Numbered from the stretch's first letter, positions 40,070 to 51,700 are shown. The stretch is DNA of 64,000 nucleotides from Candidatus Latescibacterota bacterium (GCA_965208835.1 OZ242358.1:4320001-4384000); one strand, 5' to 3'. The notes: generated by a model from the sequence alone, not told the origin. A program made the numbers and translations.

Positions 40070-40527
40070 GGATGGTCCCGGGGAATTCCGCCGGCACGCG
40101 CCAGGAAGTCGCACTCGAGCGCGGAGGCGATATCGTTCGCACCTGTACCTGAAGGAAAGGCCCTGTCGAATCCCATCGTCAGAAATCGCTTTTCCTCGGC
40201 GCGCCAGTCATCTGCGCAATCGTCCGGAATACCGATGAAATAGGCCAGGATCTCTCCGATACCCGCTTCAACGCAGATCTCGCGAAAGCCGCGGCACTCA
40301 GGTTCTCCGTGTCCGTGCAGAGAGTAAACCAGGATACCGTCGGCATTGGTTTCCACAGCCGCGTTGACGAAATCAGCGGGCGGAGAAAAGGCGGAAAGCG
40401 GCACGACATTGTATCCCGCCGCTTCCAGGGCATGACCCGGAATCCGTGCGCCGGCCGCGTGACGGTCCGATCCAATCACCGCGACAATCAATGTCTTCGA
40501 TACAATGGTGTGCATCGCACGCTTCAA
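40066..40527 (-). CDS. methylaspartate (glutamate) mutase B12-binding S subunit, divergent
   Basis: VIGSDRHAAG (DxHxxG), AAVETNADGILV.SL.GHGE..C.G, F..MGFDR.FP. Confidence 0.8.
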   Translation of the reverse strand: MKRAMHTIVSKTLIVAVIGSDRHAAGARIPGHALEAAGYNVVPLSAFSPPADFVNAAVETNADGILVYSLHGHGEPECRGFREICVEAGIGEILAYFIGIPDDCADDWRAEEKRFLTMGFDRAFPSGTGANDIASALECDFLARAGGIPRDHP

Positions 40528-40568
40528 GTCGTCCTTCTGCGCGGTGGATCAGCCCGCAGCCAGGCACC

Positions 40569-41765
40569 TCATTCATACGGTCGCGCCCATCGACGCACGA
40601 TGCGGCTCAGGTGTCCGAGGCGGACCCGCCCTACCTGGGGGTATACGGGAAGGAACAGGAGCTGCGACCGAAGCGCCATTGCAGATGTTGGCGCCTGGTC
40701 CGGCAGATTCCGGTCCGGATCGACCACGCATAGCGACGGTGGCCACAGATGTGCGTCGAGGCCGGCATCCCAGAGCCGCCGGCACAGATCCGCGGCGTTG
40801 CCGACCCTGACGGCGAAGAGCCAGTAAGAGTGTTTCGCGCGCCGGCCCGGGTAGGAGAGGTCCGATACGCTGCGATGGAATGCCATGGCTTCCTGCCGGC
40901 AGCCCCTGGGCTTGAGGGCATTTGAATGCAAGCGCCTGGACAACAGACGCAAGAGGGCGCCGCAGGGTTGACGGCGGATCTTCCTGAGCAGTTCCATTCC
41001 CCTGAACCCGCGTGTAGCGCGGTATCCCACGGCATCGTGCGATCTGCCCAACAGGCGGCACGCGGCGCAGAGAAGGGTATACGGCCCCGGCCTGTTGAGC
41101 AGGAGAACGACGCCGTATTTTACCAGGCGCAGGAAGAACCACCCCTTGCTCTGCACCGGATAACTGCATTGCTGCCGTCTGACTTTGTCACGAAGGACGG
41201 GATCGCCCACGAAGAGAAGGCCGCCGCCCAACGCGGTATAGTACTTGATCGGCCCGAAACTGAACATGCGCACGTCGCTGTCAGGATGACCCGTGAAGCC
41301 GTCACCCCAATACGCCTGGGCGCAGTCTTCAAACAGCACCAGGCCGTGCATTCTGGCGAAACGAACAAGGGAATCCATTGGGATGCGGGCGCCGAACAAA
41401 TGAGTCGCCAGCAGCGCGACGGTTCCCGGCGTCAGCCCGCTGCGGAGGCTTTCCGGATCGGGCTCGAGCGTCCGTGGATCCAGATCGACCGGAACGGGCA
41501 CGAGTCCGTGGCTACGGATGATTTCGAGTATATCGGGAATGGTGATGGCGGACACCAGGATTTGTGAACCGCGGGGAAACCCGGCTGCCTGGAGACAGGC
41601 ATCGAAGCCGCTGCGAAGGGAAAGAAAAAAGAGGGCTTCGTCGGGGTCGCCCGTGGTTTCCCGGCACGCGGCATGGCTTTTCGCTCGCCTGTCGCCCGAG
41701 AGGCACTGGCTCATGCCGAAAAGGAGGTCGCGCCAGCCGATATCGAGTCTCTTGCGAGGAATCAT
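40569..41765 (-). CDS. DegT/DnrJ/EryC1/StrS-like PLP-dependent aminotransferase
   Basis: THLFG, FEDCAQA, FSFGPIK..TALGGG; start placed at MIPRKRLDI (ATG 41765). Confidence 0.8.
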   Translation of the reverse strand: MIPRKRLDIGWRDLLFGMSQCLSGDRRAKSHAACRETTGDPDEALFFLSLRSGFDACLQAAGFPRGSQILVSAITIPDILEIIRSHGLVPVPVDLDPRTLEPDPESLRSGLTPGTVALLATHLFGARIPMDSLVRFARMHGLVLFEDCAQAYWGDGFTGHPDSDVRMFSFGPIKYYTALGGGLLFVGDPVLRDKVRRQQCSYPVQSKGWFFLRLVKYGVVLLLNRPGPYTLLCAACRLLGRSHDAVGYRATRGFRGMELLRKIRRQPCGALLRLLSRRLHSNALKPRGCRQEAMAFHRSVSDLSYPGRRAKHSYWLFAVRVGNAADLCRRLWDAGLDAHLWPPSLCVVDPDRNLPDQAPTSAMALRSQLLFLPVYPQVGRVRLGHLSRIVRRWARPYE

Positions 41766-42121
41766 CTCAGATTCGCTCGTTTGCCGGCGCGCGCAGGCAG
41801 GATGAAACGATATGGAGGAACTGATTTCGCATGGGGCGAGCGTACTGTCGGATCGGATCTGACCTTCCGGGCTCCAAGTATTGTATTTCCCCAACGTCAG
41901 TGAATCAATATCGCAATTCCCTCCATAATACCCATTTGCCGTTGCATCCTGCAACACATTCGTTGACTTCGAAATTACGATGCTGGAATACGGAAAGATG
42001 CCGACAGCGACGCGAAGGGATTGATGGGTAGCGAACAACATATCTCCTCAGCCGTCATCTCTTCTACGGTGCAGAATCGTATACGATGGCTCTGGTGGGA
42101 ACTCTCGTTCAATTTTCGCCA

Positions 42122-42976
42122 TCAGGCTGGCTCCTCTTCAGCCGGCGTCGCGGCTTGCTCGGGACCGGCCGGGGGTTCGAGCGGTGTCCCTTCGCGCTTT
42201 GCCATCTGATGAAACCATCGCAGCCCGATGACGGCCAGTGCGATACCGCTCGCAAACAGCCACCACGGAAGAAACTCCACAACTCCCCAATCCTCGATAG
42301 GACGGAATAGCTCCATACGCACCGAAATCAACGACAGAAAATTGTTCAGCGCGTGACCGAACAACGCGGGCAGCAACGAACCTGTCTGTACGACCCACCA
42401 GGCAAGAACAAGCCCCAGTATCAGGGCTCCCGTGAATTGCCAGGGATTCATATGCAATACGCCGAACAGCACCGCAGACCACACAATGGCACGCCACCGG
42501 GTACCGTGACCTAACAACCCGCCCAGAATAACGCCTCTGCAGAGGACCTCCTCAGTCAGTGGCGCTTGAATCGCGAGAACATAAAACGCGAGACCAAGAG
42601 GTGTTTTGCTCCCCATTAGATCGAGGAATATGTCGAGGTATACTTTGGGAACTGGAATCAGATATTGGACGAAGGTTGTAACGTTGGATATGACAATGCC
42701 GAATCCCAGGATCGAGACAGTAAGTGGGAGGTATATTCTCCACGGCACTGTCCTTAAAAGCAGGACGTCTGACCAGGGCCGACCGGATCGACGCTGTGCA
42801 TATAACACAAGGAGAGCGAAAATGGGGAGGCTTAGAATCCATCCCAGGTATTCGAAGATTCGTGTTTCATTGTCCGAGGCGGCGCCGAGGAAATGAAGCA
42901 CCATTCCCAATATGCCGGTTGCGACCACAAACAAGAAAATCAGCCAGACGGACTGCTTCAGATTCGGATACGCCAT
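42122..42976 (-). CDS. CPBP family (CAAX protease / Abi) intramembrane metalloprotease
   Basis: EEVLCRG, FGVLH, HALNN; starts MAYPNLKQ. Confidence 0.9.
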   Translation of the reverse strand: MAYPNLKQSVWLIFLFVVATGILGMVLHFLGAASDNETRIFEYLGWILSLPIFALLVLYAQRRSGRPWSDVLLLRTVPWRIYLPLTVSILGFGIVISNVTTFVQYLIPVPKVYLDIFLDLMGSKTPLGLAFYVLAIQAPLTEEVLCRGVILGGLLGHGTRWRAIVWSAVLFGVLHMNPWQFTGALILGLVLAWWVVQTGSLLPALFGHALNNFLSLISVRMELFRPIEDWGVVEFLPWWLFASGIALAVIGLRWFHQMAKREGTPLEPPAGPEQAATPAEEEPA

Positions 42977-43060
42977 GTATTCTCTCCGATCTGTACCGGG
43001 GGATACCTGCAACTCGAATGATCCTGATCCACGGCGAGTGTCGCCCCGCGTGTAGCGCCG

Positions 43061-43915
43061 TCAGACAGATTTCTCGGCCGCCGCCGTTACGACCGGTTCC
43101 GGTTCAGCCGGTGGATCCAGCGGTGTCCCTTCACGTTTTGCGATCTGATTGAACCACCACAATCCGATTATGGCCAGGACGATGCCACACGCGTTCAGCC
43201 ACCACGGAAAGGACACCAGGTTATTGAAATCATCCATCGGCCCGAATATCTCGTATCGCGCAATCGTCAATGCCAGGAAATTGTTGATCGCGTGCCCCGC
43301 GATGGCGGGCAACAGGGAACCCGTTTGAATCACCCAGAACGCAAACACAGACCCCAATACAAACGCAGCCGGAAATTGCCACGGGTTCAGATGGAATAGA
43401 GCGAAAAGCAGTGCGGACCAAAAAACGGCGAGGCTTCGGCGCTGGTTGGCCAACAGCCCAATCAGAATGACGCCCCTGAACAACACTTCTTCGATAAGTG
43501 GAGGCTGGACCGCCAGGTTATAAAAGGCGAAAGCGTAAGGCGTTTCCTTCCAAACCAGATCCCGGAATATCTCCATCATCCATTCAGGCATTGGAATCAG
43601 GTAATGTACACCGCGTTCCAAAATGGATATGGTGATCGACAAACCAACAGTGGCCACCGTAAGCGACGGGTAGAGTTTCCACGGTACCGTATTAAAGAGA
43701 AGGATGTCGGACCAGAGCCGGTCAGCTCGGCGCCGGGCGTAAACAATCACGAGAACGAAACTGACCAATATCGTTAGGGTCTGCACGTACGAATTGGACG
43801 CTAGATCATAGTCGAGTAATGTGCCCGAAATGGCAAGGAGCACCAACAATCCGAACAGGATCAGCAGTAATAGGGCCACCAGCCAGACGGATTGCTTCAA
43901 ATTCGGATACGCCAT
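43061..43915 (-). CDS. CPBP family intramembrane metalloprotease, tandem paralogue
   Basis: EEVLFRG, FALFH, HAINN; starts MAYPNLKQ with a GGAGG RBS. Confidence 0.9.
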   Translation of the reverse strand: MAYPNLKQSVWLVALLLLILFGLLVLLAISGTLLDYDLASNSYVQTLTILVSFVLVIVYARRRADRLWSDILLFNTVPWKLYPSLTVATVGLSITISILERGVHYLIPMPEWMMEIFRDLVWKETPYAFAFYNLAVQPPLIEEVLFRGVILIGLLANQRRSLAVFWSALLFALFHLNPWQFPAAFVLGSVFAFWVIQTGSLLPAIAGHAINNFLALTIARYEIFGPMDDFNNLVSFPWWLNACGIVLAIIGLWWFNQIAKREGTPLDPPAEPEPVVTAAAEKSV

Positions 43916-44475
43916 GTAATCCCTCCCTTTTGGGCGATCTGATGAACGTGGATCCAACGACCGTGCATAGAAGCACTGACGGTGGAAGTCCGTGCGTTTG
44001 CGGCTCTGACGAACGCCATGCAGCAGTCGCATTCGATGTACTGTAAAAGTGTCGAGCAGTCCTTTTCGAACTGCAAAATGCAAGCCAGATTTGAACAAGC
44101 GAATAACTTGATGTATATAAAGTATTTATTAAAGATGGTGCGGCACTTTGAAGAGAAGCGGATGTGTAGCGATATGCGTCTCGACGCTTCAAGGAAGATG
44201 CCGGTACGCCGGCGCGGACGAGAGATGAAACCCGTGTCTGCGGGCTTTTTTTGGTAGCTGGAACGCGCGCGTTAAAATGCGATGCATTTTGCATCGAATG
44301 GCGCATTCTGCAACCCCTGGCGCCGGCCGAATGACCGAGGCGTCGCGCGCCGAAGACAAATACCTGACACGGCGATGAATAGCGCTGACACGTGATGGAT
44401 TTTGGTGCGGACCAACAGGGTAGACCAAAAAAAATCCCGCTCCATCCCCCGCTTAATCCGTGATGAGCTACTTAG

Positions 44476-44642
44476 CGGCACCCCGGTTAAAGGGTGCCGG
44501 GCAGAGTCACCACTCACGCAGCTTTGAGGATGCGGGAAGGTCCTACGTATTCGCCGAGGACATGGGAGCTACCCTTGTCCCTTTGTGTCGGCTGTTTTAT
44601 TCGGTAGGCTACCCGACATACGGGTACTGCCCGAGTGGTGAC
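44476..44642 (-). ncRNA. candidate structured non-coding RNA (rod-like, 6S-like architecture, family unassigned)
   Basis: Terminal stem GTCACCACTC/GAGTGGTGAC, nested inner stems, 3' GC hairpin; begins 6-7 nt after a -10 box. Confidence 0.55.
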
Positions 44643-44648
44643 AACCGG

Positions 44649-44677
44649 AATATAGTTTCCGCTCTTGTGAATGACAA
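44649..44677 (-). promoter_or_regulatory. sigma70-type promoter for the candidate RNA
   Basis: TTGTCA-N17-TATATT; imperfect palindrome GCCCTTGT..ACAAGAGC over the -35 box. Confidence 0.6.
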
Positions 44678-44864
44678 GGGCTAATTTGCTTTTCTACAGT
44701 AACGGGTCCATCTGAGAGCGGCGAGGATGCGTACGTCGCTCACGTCGAAATACGGTATCAACGTCCTGATGCAACCAAGCCACATCAGGAGAATTGTGTT
44801 CACGCCTCGACGACTGAACTGTCTTCATTGGCGAAGGAACCCGCCACTGTGCCACGCCTCGTAT

Positions 44865-45365
44865 CTACTCCCGGCTCTCCTTCACGGATTCCCAGATCGG
44901 GTAATGAACTTCCGCCCGTTGAAACTCTCTCTGCAGCCACTGGCTGAATAAAATGTCGCGAATTTCGTTTGAAACGCGTTCGTCAAGGATTGCCGGAAAG
45001 TTCCGTTGCAGCATATACAACGCGAAACCGCCCGGCGCTTTCTCCGGTCCGAATAACTCACCTGGAGAGCCGGCAAACAGGCGGGCGGCAATGCCTTTGG
45101 GTAACTGTTCTCGCCGCACCCTGCCCAGATACCCGCCGGCAAGGCGGGTGCGCTCATCCTGTGAGAACTCCCGTGCCATTGCGCAAAAGTCGCCACCTTC
45201 CTCAATTGCCTGAAGTCCGATCTCATCGATCACGCCCCTGTCACTATGGAATATCCAGTTCACCTCCGCCTCGTCGAAATCCAGCGTGTGCTGCGCGAAG
45301 TACGGTTCGATCCTTCCGTCCACGACTTTGTCGGACAACGCACGCTCCAACCGTTTCGCCCGTGT
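44865..45365 (-). pseudogene. 5'-truncated parvulin-type peptidylprolyl isomerase of the kind found beside peptidase-ABC transporters
   Basis: GGDFCAMAREFSQD..T..AGGYLG, GELFGP, EIRDILFSQWL; in-frame stop just upstream, no good RBS, N-domain absent. Confidence 0.7.
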
Positions 45366-45644
45366 TCACGGACATCAAGCGATTACACAATGAGGTTGCG
45401 GTGACGACTGCGTGGCATGGTTCTCCCGTTTACTAACTGATGCGAGAACCGTGTACATCGAAATTGGGAGATTCTTATACGATTAATGGACACATTTCGG
45501 AGATAATTCAAGTGTTGGCGACCGCCTGAATTATTGTTATTTTGACTAAGATTCCGACCCAGAAACCGCTTCTAGATTGCCTTGTGGATGACTCTAACGA
45601 GAGAATCTCATTTCCGAGGAATTGAAAAACGGAGAGCTATCCAG

Positions 45645-48569
45645 ATGCCTCGTAACGACGAACCAACCATTAATCGAGCATTGGCCGAAGTATTGCGCGG
45701 AAGGAACGCACGTTGGCAAAACACTGGAGAGTTACTAGGTGCTGAGCAACTAGACATTCTATGCGAGGGCGGCAAACCAGATATCTTTGTGGATGACCCA
45801 TGCGGTGCCGCCGTCATCATCGAAACCGAGTTTTTTCCGGGTAATCAGGTCGAATTTGAAGCCCGCAGCCGTCTCGGAAACACTACCCAAAATACGGGAA
45901 AGACGATTGAACAGACAATTGCAGTTCGTGTACCGGACAGTCTAAGGGAGGTTAACCAATCTAAACTTAACGAAGCTATCGAGGCATCGACTCTTGAGTA
46001 TTGTCTGTATTCTCTGCGATTGTCATCGGGCGGCATTGATAGGTGGCCACCATCGGGTTGGTTAAGTGGTAATGTAGACGACCTCGCACAACTGGCTGAA
46101 ATTGCAGCGGTATCGGAGCGTGCAGTGACAACCAGTCTAGAGACTCTCGAACAGGGGATCCGAACTTGCGCCGGACGCTTTGAACAAGGGACCAGTGATC
46201 GACTTCAAGTAAGACAGCGGATCGCGCAATACCTACATCAATCAGAAGGTGAGCAGACTTGGCGGATGGCGATGGCAATTGTGACAAACGCTATAACGTT
46301 TCATACCACAATCGCTGGTACACACGGCGTGAAGACTGTGGACGAACTGCGTCTGTCAGACGGTAACTTGCCAAAAGCGACCGTACTTAGAGAATGGGAA
46401 CGGATCCTTCATGAGATTAATTATTGGCCTATATTCCACATTGCCAGGCAAGTTATGTTGGTCGTACCAAATGGTCTGGCATCCGAGATTCTCGACGAGT
46501 TGGCCGAAGTTTCCAGTAAACTTGCCGCCACCGGGATCACCCGTTCGCACGATCTATCGGGTCGGACTTTTCAGAGGCTGATTGCCGACCGTAAATTCCT
46601 AGCGACATTCTATACACTACCTGTTTCGGCAACGCTTCTAGCTGAACTTGCCATTGCAAGAATCAACATTGATTGGTCTAAAGCTATAGACATATGCCGC
46701 CTTCGAATTGGTGATTTAGCATCAGGTACCGGCACGCTCCTCGCGGCAGCGTACCACAGCGTTCTTGCTCGCTATCGCCGCCGAGGTGGGGACGACAGCA
46801 CGTTACATACAAAGATGATGGAGAATTGTCTTGTTGCGGCCGATATTATGCCGGCTGCTACTCACCTTACGACGTCGATGCTTTCGTCCGTACATCCAAC
46901 ACGTACGTTTCGGCGGACCAAAGTTCATACTCTTCCGTATGGAAAAGCGACCGAGAATCCGATTCTCCCGATCTCCCTAGGTTCACTTGATTTCTGCCTT
47001 GCCGCGGCTGGTAGAGACCTATTTGGGACACGAATCGTCGTCGCGAGTGGCAAGGGCGAAGACGAAGACTTGGAGAGTCGTGATACGGAAAATGGCGAAT
47101 TCACTCTTGCCCATAAATCGCTTGACCTGGTCATAATGAATCCCCCTTTCACAAGGCCAACTAATCATGAGCTATCGAATGTCCCGGTACCGTCGTTCGC
47201 AGGATTTGCAACCACTCATGACGAGCAACGCGCGATGTCAAAGCAACTTGGACGCATGAAACGAAAATTCGAACACGATGCCGCAGGTAATGGCAACGCA
47301 GGCTTATCCTCGAATTTCCTGGACCTCGCGCACCTGAAGTGCCGCGCAGGGGGGATACTGGCGCTCGTAATGCCTCTTTCTTTGTTAAAGGGAGATTCAT
47401 GGGCTGCGGGTCGTGGTCTGCTAGCAAGATGGTATCGTGACATAACGTTGGTTACCATCGCCGCGGCGAAGAGTAATGAAAAGTCGTTTTCAGCGGATAC
47501 GGGTATGGGCGAGGTACTGGTGATTGCACGCAAGAGCCATGCCCTAAACGCAAGACCAAGCGGAACGAAGGCGTTGTTTGTGACGTTACACAGAAGGCCA
47601 ACTGCGACAGCAGAAGCAATGGAGATCGCCCGCCACGTGCATCGGGAGTACGAAACGCGATCAAGCTCTACTCGAATCTTTGTTGGTGATCAAGTTGTCG
47701 GTACGACGTTCCGAACTGAAATGCGAAACGGAGGCTGCGGTGGTGTACGTGATCTAGAACTTGCAGAGATCGCCATAGCTCTCGTGTCCGGTAAATTAAG
47801 GTTACCAACTGTTAATTTGCCACTTAAAATGTCGACTATTCCCCTTGGTCAATTAGGATCTCGAGGTCTAGTCCATCGTGACATTAATGGCATCAACAGC
47901 GATAGATCTTTTCGAGGTCCATTTGAGATTTATCCCGCATCGCACCAACCCACTTATCCAGCATTGTGGCGCCATAACGCCGCGCGAGAAAGACAGGTGC
48001 TTCTGTTTCCTGATTCTGAAGGGCACATCAGGCCCGGAATGGAAGGCAAAGCCGCTGAGGTATGGGGTACTGCCAGTCGACTCCACTTCAATCTAGATTT
48101 TCGCCTTAATTCGCAGAGCTTAGCCGCAGCTGTAACCGAAAACAGGACAATTGGTGGAACGGCATGGCCAAATTTCCGAGCTAAGAATCTGGATCATGAG
48201 TCGGCAATCGTCCTCTGGTCAAATACGACATTGGGTCTGTTCTTGTTTTGGTGGAACGCTAACCGACAACAGGCCGGCCGAGCTAGATTGACCATTACGC
48301 AACTGCCGTCGCTATTGGTTTTGGACGCAAGGCAACTTTCGTCGACTCAGATCGCCACATCGGATTCACTGTTCGACGAGTTTGCGAATCTAATGCTCCT
48401 GCCTGCAAATGAAGCATTCTGCGACGAAGCGCGGATTGCACTTGATGAGAAATTCCTTGTCCAAGTATTGGGGTTGCCTCACTCGATACTTGAGCCGTTG
48501 GGAGTTCTACGAGACAAATGGTGCGCCGAACCGTCGGTGCATGGTGGCAAGAGTACGAAGATTTCGTGA
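45645..48569 (+). CDS. type IIG-like fused restriction-modification enzyme (PD-(D/E)XK nuclease, N6-adenine MTase, TRD)
   Basis: KPDIFV..IIETE at the N-terminus, ATFYT, DLASGTGTLL (motif I), MNPPF (motif IV), FSADTGMGE; ATG 45645 with GGAGA RBS. Confidence 0.8.
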   Translation: MPRNDEPTINRALAEVLRGRNARWQNTGELLGAEQLDILCEGGKPDIFVDDPCGAAVIIETEFFPGNQVEFEARSRLGNTTQNTGKTIEQTIAVRVPDSLREVNQSKLNEAIEASTLEYCLYSLRLSSGGIDRWPPSGWLSGNVDDLAQLAEIAAVSERAVTTSLETLEQGIRTCAGRFEQGTSDRLQVRQRIAQYLHQSEGEQTWRMAMAIVTNAITFHTTIAGTHGVKTVDELRLSDGNLPKATVLREWERILHEINYWPIFHIARQVMLVVPNGLASEILDELAEVSSKLAATGITRSHDLSGRTFQRLIADRKFLATFYTLPVSATLLAELAIARINIDWSKAIDICRLRIGDLASGTGTLLAAAYHSVLARYRRRGGDDSTLHTKMMENCLVAADIMPAATHLTTSMLSSVHPTRTFRRTKVHTLPYGKATENPILPISLGSLDFCLAAAGRDLFGTRIVVASGKGEDEDLESRDTENGEFTLAHKSLDLVIMNPPFTRPTNHELSNVPVPSFAGFATTHDEQRAMSKQLGRMKRKFEHDAAGNGNAGLSSNFLDLAHLKCRAGGILALVMPLSLLKGDSWAAGRGLLARWYRDITLVTIAAAKSNEKSFSADTGMGEVLVIARKSHALNARPSGTKALFVTLHRRPTATAEAMEIARHVHREYETRSSSTRIFVGDQVVGTTFRTEMRNGGCGGVRDLELAEIAIALVSGKLRLPTVNLPLKMSTIPLGQLGSRGLVHRDINGINSDRSFRGPFEIYPASHQPTYPALWRHNAARERQVLLFPDSEGHIRPGMEGKAAEVWGTASRLHFNLDFRLNSQSLAAAVTENRTIGGTAWPNFRAKNLDHESAIVLWSNTTLGLFLFWWNANRQQAGRARLTITQLPSLLVLDARQLSSTQIATSDSLFDEFANLMLLPANEAFCDEARIALDEKFLVQVLGLPHSILEPLGVLRDKWCAEPSVHGGKSTKIS

Positions 48570-48667
48570 TTGGTTACGAGTTCATTCCTGTTCAACGTTG
48601 GCAACCCTACTGATCAAATCCACACATATGTGTTTTTAAATCATAGTTCACCATCCAGAAAATTCCG

Positions 48668-48695
48668 TTGGCAAAAAAGTTCAAGTTGATATACT
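48668..48695 (+). promoter_or_regulatory. promoter for the SIR2-STAND gene
   Basis: TTGGCA-N16-TATACT with extended -10 TG; AAGGAGA RBS before the TTG start. Confidence 0.55.
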
Positions 48696-48724
48696 GAGCG
48701 CCTTTATTTTGCAAGGAGATAAAC

Positions 48725-51700
48725 TTGGATTTTCCTGACAATTTGATCGAGACGATAAGTTCCGGGAACTGCGTACTCTTCTTGGGCGCTGGAGCTGCAC
48801 GTGAAGCCGGTGCCCCCGTCGGCAATGAACTTGCGACACTACTGGCAGACAGATTCGAAAAGCACGATATCTCTACACATAATTTGCGAGAATTCGTAGA
48901 TGTATTAGAAACGACTTCCGGAGTTGATAGACAGGAAATCGACAAAGCAATTGTAGAAACACTTCAAAAAACATCACCGTCAAATGCCCATCTTTTTCTA
49001 CCGGGTTTTGTTTGGCAAGCAATTTTCACCACTAACTATGATCGATTAATCGAAATTGCTTACGACATTTATCGAACTTCGCGAGGTGAGCCACCCTTAC
49101 AAAGGTGCAATGTCGTAAATGGTCTCCAAGATCAAGTGCGGTTAGACAATCGTTCGTCCGTCAACCTGTACAAATTGCACGGCTGCATTTCGTCAATAGG
49201 ACAAGGCAATCCATTGGTTTTGTCTTCGAGAGATTATAGGAATACTCGCAAGAAACGTCAGCGGATGTTGCGGACATTGAAAATGTTAGCGGTAGAACAT
49301 TCTATTCTGTTCATCGGCTATTCGTTCGCGGATCAATACTTGAGTGAGTTGTTGGATGACATTCAGCAAGAATCTCCGTATCATCACCACCGAACGATGT
49401 TTCTTGTAATTCCCGAATTAACGGCGAGTTATGAAGAGTATTTCCAATCCCGGAACTTTAAACACCTGTCTGGAACATTTGGTCAATTTTGCGAAAGTCT
49501 TTCGGAGCTTGTCGAGACGGAGGCCAGAAAAAAAGCACTTACTTCGAGGATTTCTTCTGTACAGACTGTTGGAGATCGCTCAGCTTCAATTCCTACGAGT
49601 CTTAGAGTATCTTTAGACTCGCAATTGGAGATATTCCGACCCGAAGGCAGCTTTAATAGGAACCCAAAGAGATTCCTATCAGGTTTTCCACCATCCCTAG
49701 ATGACTTGAAGAGTCGGAATGATGTAACACGTGATCAACAATTCGAGCTGACCGAAAGTGTCCGAAAGGCACTGCGTACGGAGGCCTACCTTAGGCCAAT
49801 AGTGATGGTACTTGGAGCGGGCGGCGCTGGGAAGAGCACTCTTGCTGCAAGAGTTGCTTACGATATCGCAGATCAGCGGCTGGCGATTTCATGTCGGCTG
49901 AAGAATCCAGAGCAATGGAATATCGATGAAATTGTAAACTTTGCGGACAGGATTCAAGCACCGGTGCTCTTCGTTTTTGATGGAATTGAAGTGCGAAGTT
50001 GGCTTCGAGCGACAAAGGATCTTCGTCAAGCATTGACAGTCGCACGCGTAAACGCCACACTGTTGCTATCATGCCAAAAGGCAGTTTGGAACGAATGCAA
50101 AGCTAAGATGGGCAGCCAAGATATCGAGGTGTTTGATCTCCAGGATCGCCTCTCGGAAATTGAGGCCGCTAGCTTGATAGAAAAATTGACCGAAGCGAAA
50201 CTGTTGACCACGGACGCGAAGATACGCCAGCGGGAAGTCTCGAATATTGTAAATGAATGCGACGGTCATCTAGTGGCGGCGCTACTGCAAATCGTGCAAA
50301 GCGGCAAATTCAAGGCTATTGTACTCGGTGAATACGGGAATTTGTCGCATAGAGCCCAAAAGGCATATCAATTTGTCGCTCTACTACACCAACATCGCAT
50401 TTCGATTCCGGATTATCTGCTCAATTCGGTTAGCACCAACAATTGGGATATTTTCGTTGATCAAGTTATTCGCGAAGAGTCTGAGCTTGTAATTATACAA
50501 GACCTTGACGCCACATCCGGCAGACTAAGGTTCCGGAGTAGGCATCCTTTGATCGCAAGGACGATAATCGACGCCACTGTGCCAAAATTTGAAGACAGAG
50601 TGAGGATGTATCGGCGGATTTTCGCGGAGTTAGCGGCGTCAGCTGAAGACCGATCATTTGTTCTTACACTATTGACGACCGAAAGCGTTAGACGAGAGAT
50701 TCGCGAGGAACAGTATTTGGAAGAATTCTTCGATCGTGCGTTGGATCTCTTTCCCGATGATCGGGCTCTAATTCTTCAATTTGGGCGCCACGAAAACAAC
50801 GCAGGGAACTACGAAAGAGCGAGGGAGATTTTGGAATGGGGGAAAAGCATCAACCCAAGAGACAGTCACATACTTCACCAACTTGGCGTCTGTGCTCAGC
50901 GCCGCGCGAGGCGCGTGAAAGAGAAAATCGACCCTCTATTACATGACTCGTTGATCCAGGAAGCCAGGTATTATTTCCGGCAGGTCCAAGAAATCGATCC
51001 AATTTCACAATACGGATACGTCTCGGAGGCTAGGTTGGCTATAAACCTCGCTAGAAATGAAAAAGATCAGGTCCAGAAATTCGCGCTGATTTCTGAAGCA
51101 GAATCGATCATTCGTAGTGGCCTACTTCTTGTAAGGGAAGACGACCACGACATTTTGAGAGGTTGCGAGGCAGAACTATCCGACGTGGCCGGAGATACCA
51201 GTGAAGTGCTCCATCGACTGTGCGCTTTGGACGAAAAAGAAACCTTAGGATACGGGTCCTTATATCATCTTTGGGCAGCTTGTCTTGTTCGTGTGGGAAA
51301 TGTTGACGAAGCAATTGAAGTGATCAAGCGTGGCGTTAAGGACTTCCCGGGCGACGAGATGCTAATTCAGTTGATGCTTCAGATTCTCGAAGGATTTCTA
51401 TTTCGGGCTCGCAGTCGGGATGTTGCTAGTGAGTTTATCGGATATCTCCAGCGAGAGACAGAGAACATGAATATATGGATAGTCTTCCTTAAAGGCGTAG
51501 TGGAACTCTACGACACTCAATATAGGTTAGCAATGGAGTCATTCATGGAAGTGCGTCGACGTATGAACTCTCGAGCGTCAACGCGAATTCGGGATTATCT
51601 TAGGGACGAGTCCGGACACGAAATACAAAAGAGGGGGATCATTGAAATTGGACGATATGGGCGACCTTGGATAAAGGATGTAGGCACTGGTATTAAGATG

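Noticed and set aside
44274-44312. Palindromes AAAATGCGATGCATTTT / CGATGCATTTTGCATCG and a sigma54-like TGGC..TGC
   Set aside because: GG-to-GC spacing is 8 rather than 10 nt; an operator role is possible but unsupported
44568-44620. 16-codon ORF (MSGSLPNKTADTKGQG) inside the candidate RNA as a leader peptide, type I toxin or tmRNA tag
   Set aside because: No RBS, not hydrophobic, and no tRNA-like ends
44830-44860. CCCGCCACTGT, resembling a cobalamin riboswitch element
   Set aside because: Other B12-box elements are missing and it points into the 3' end of a convergent gene
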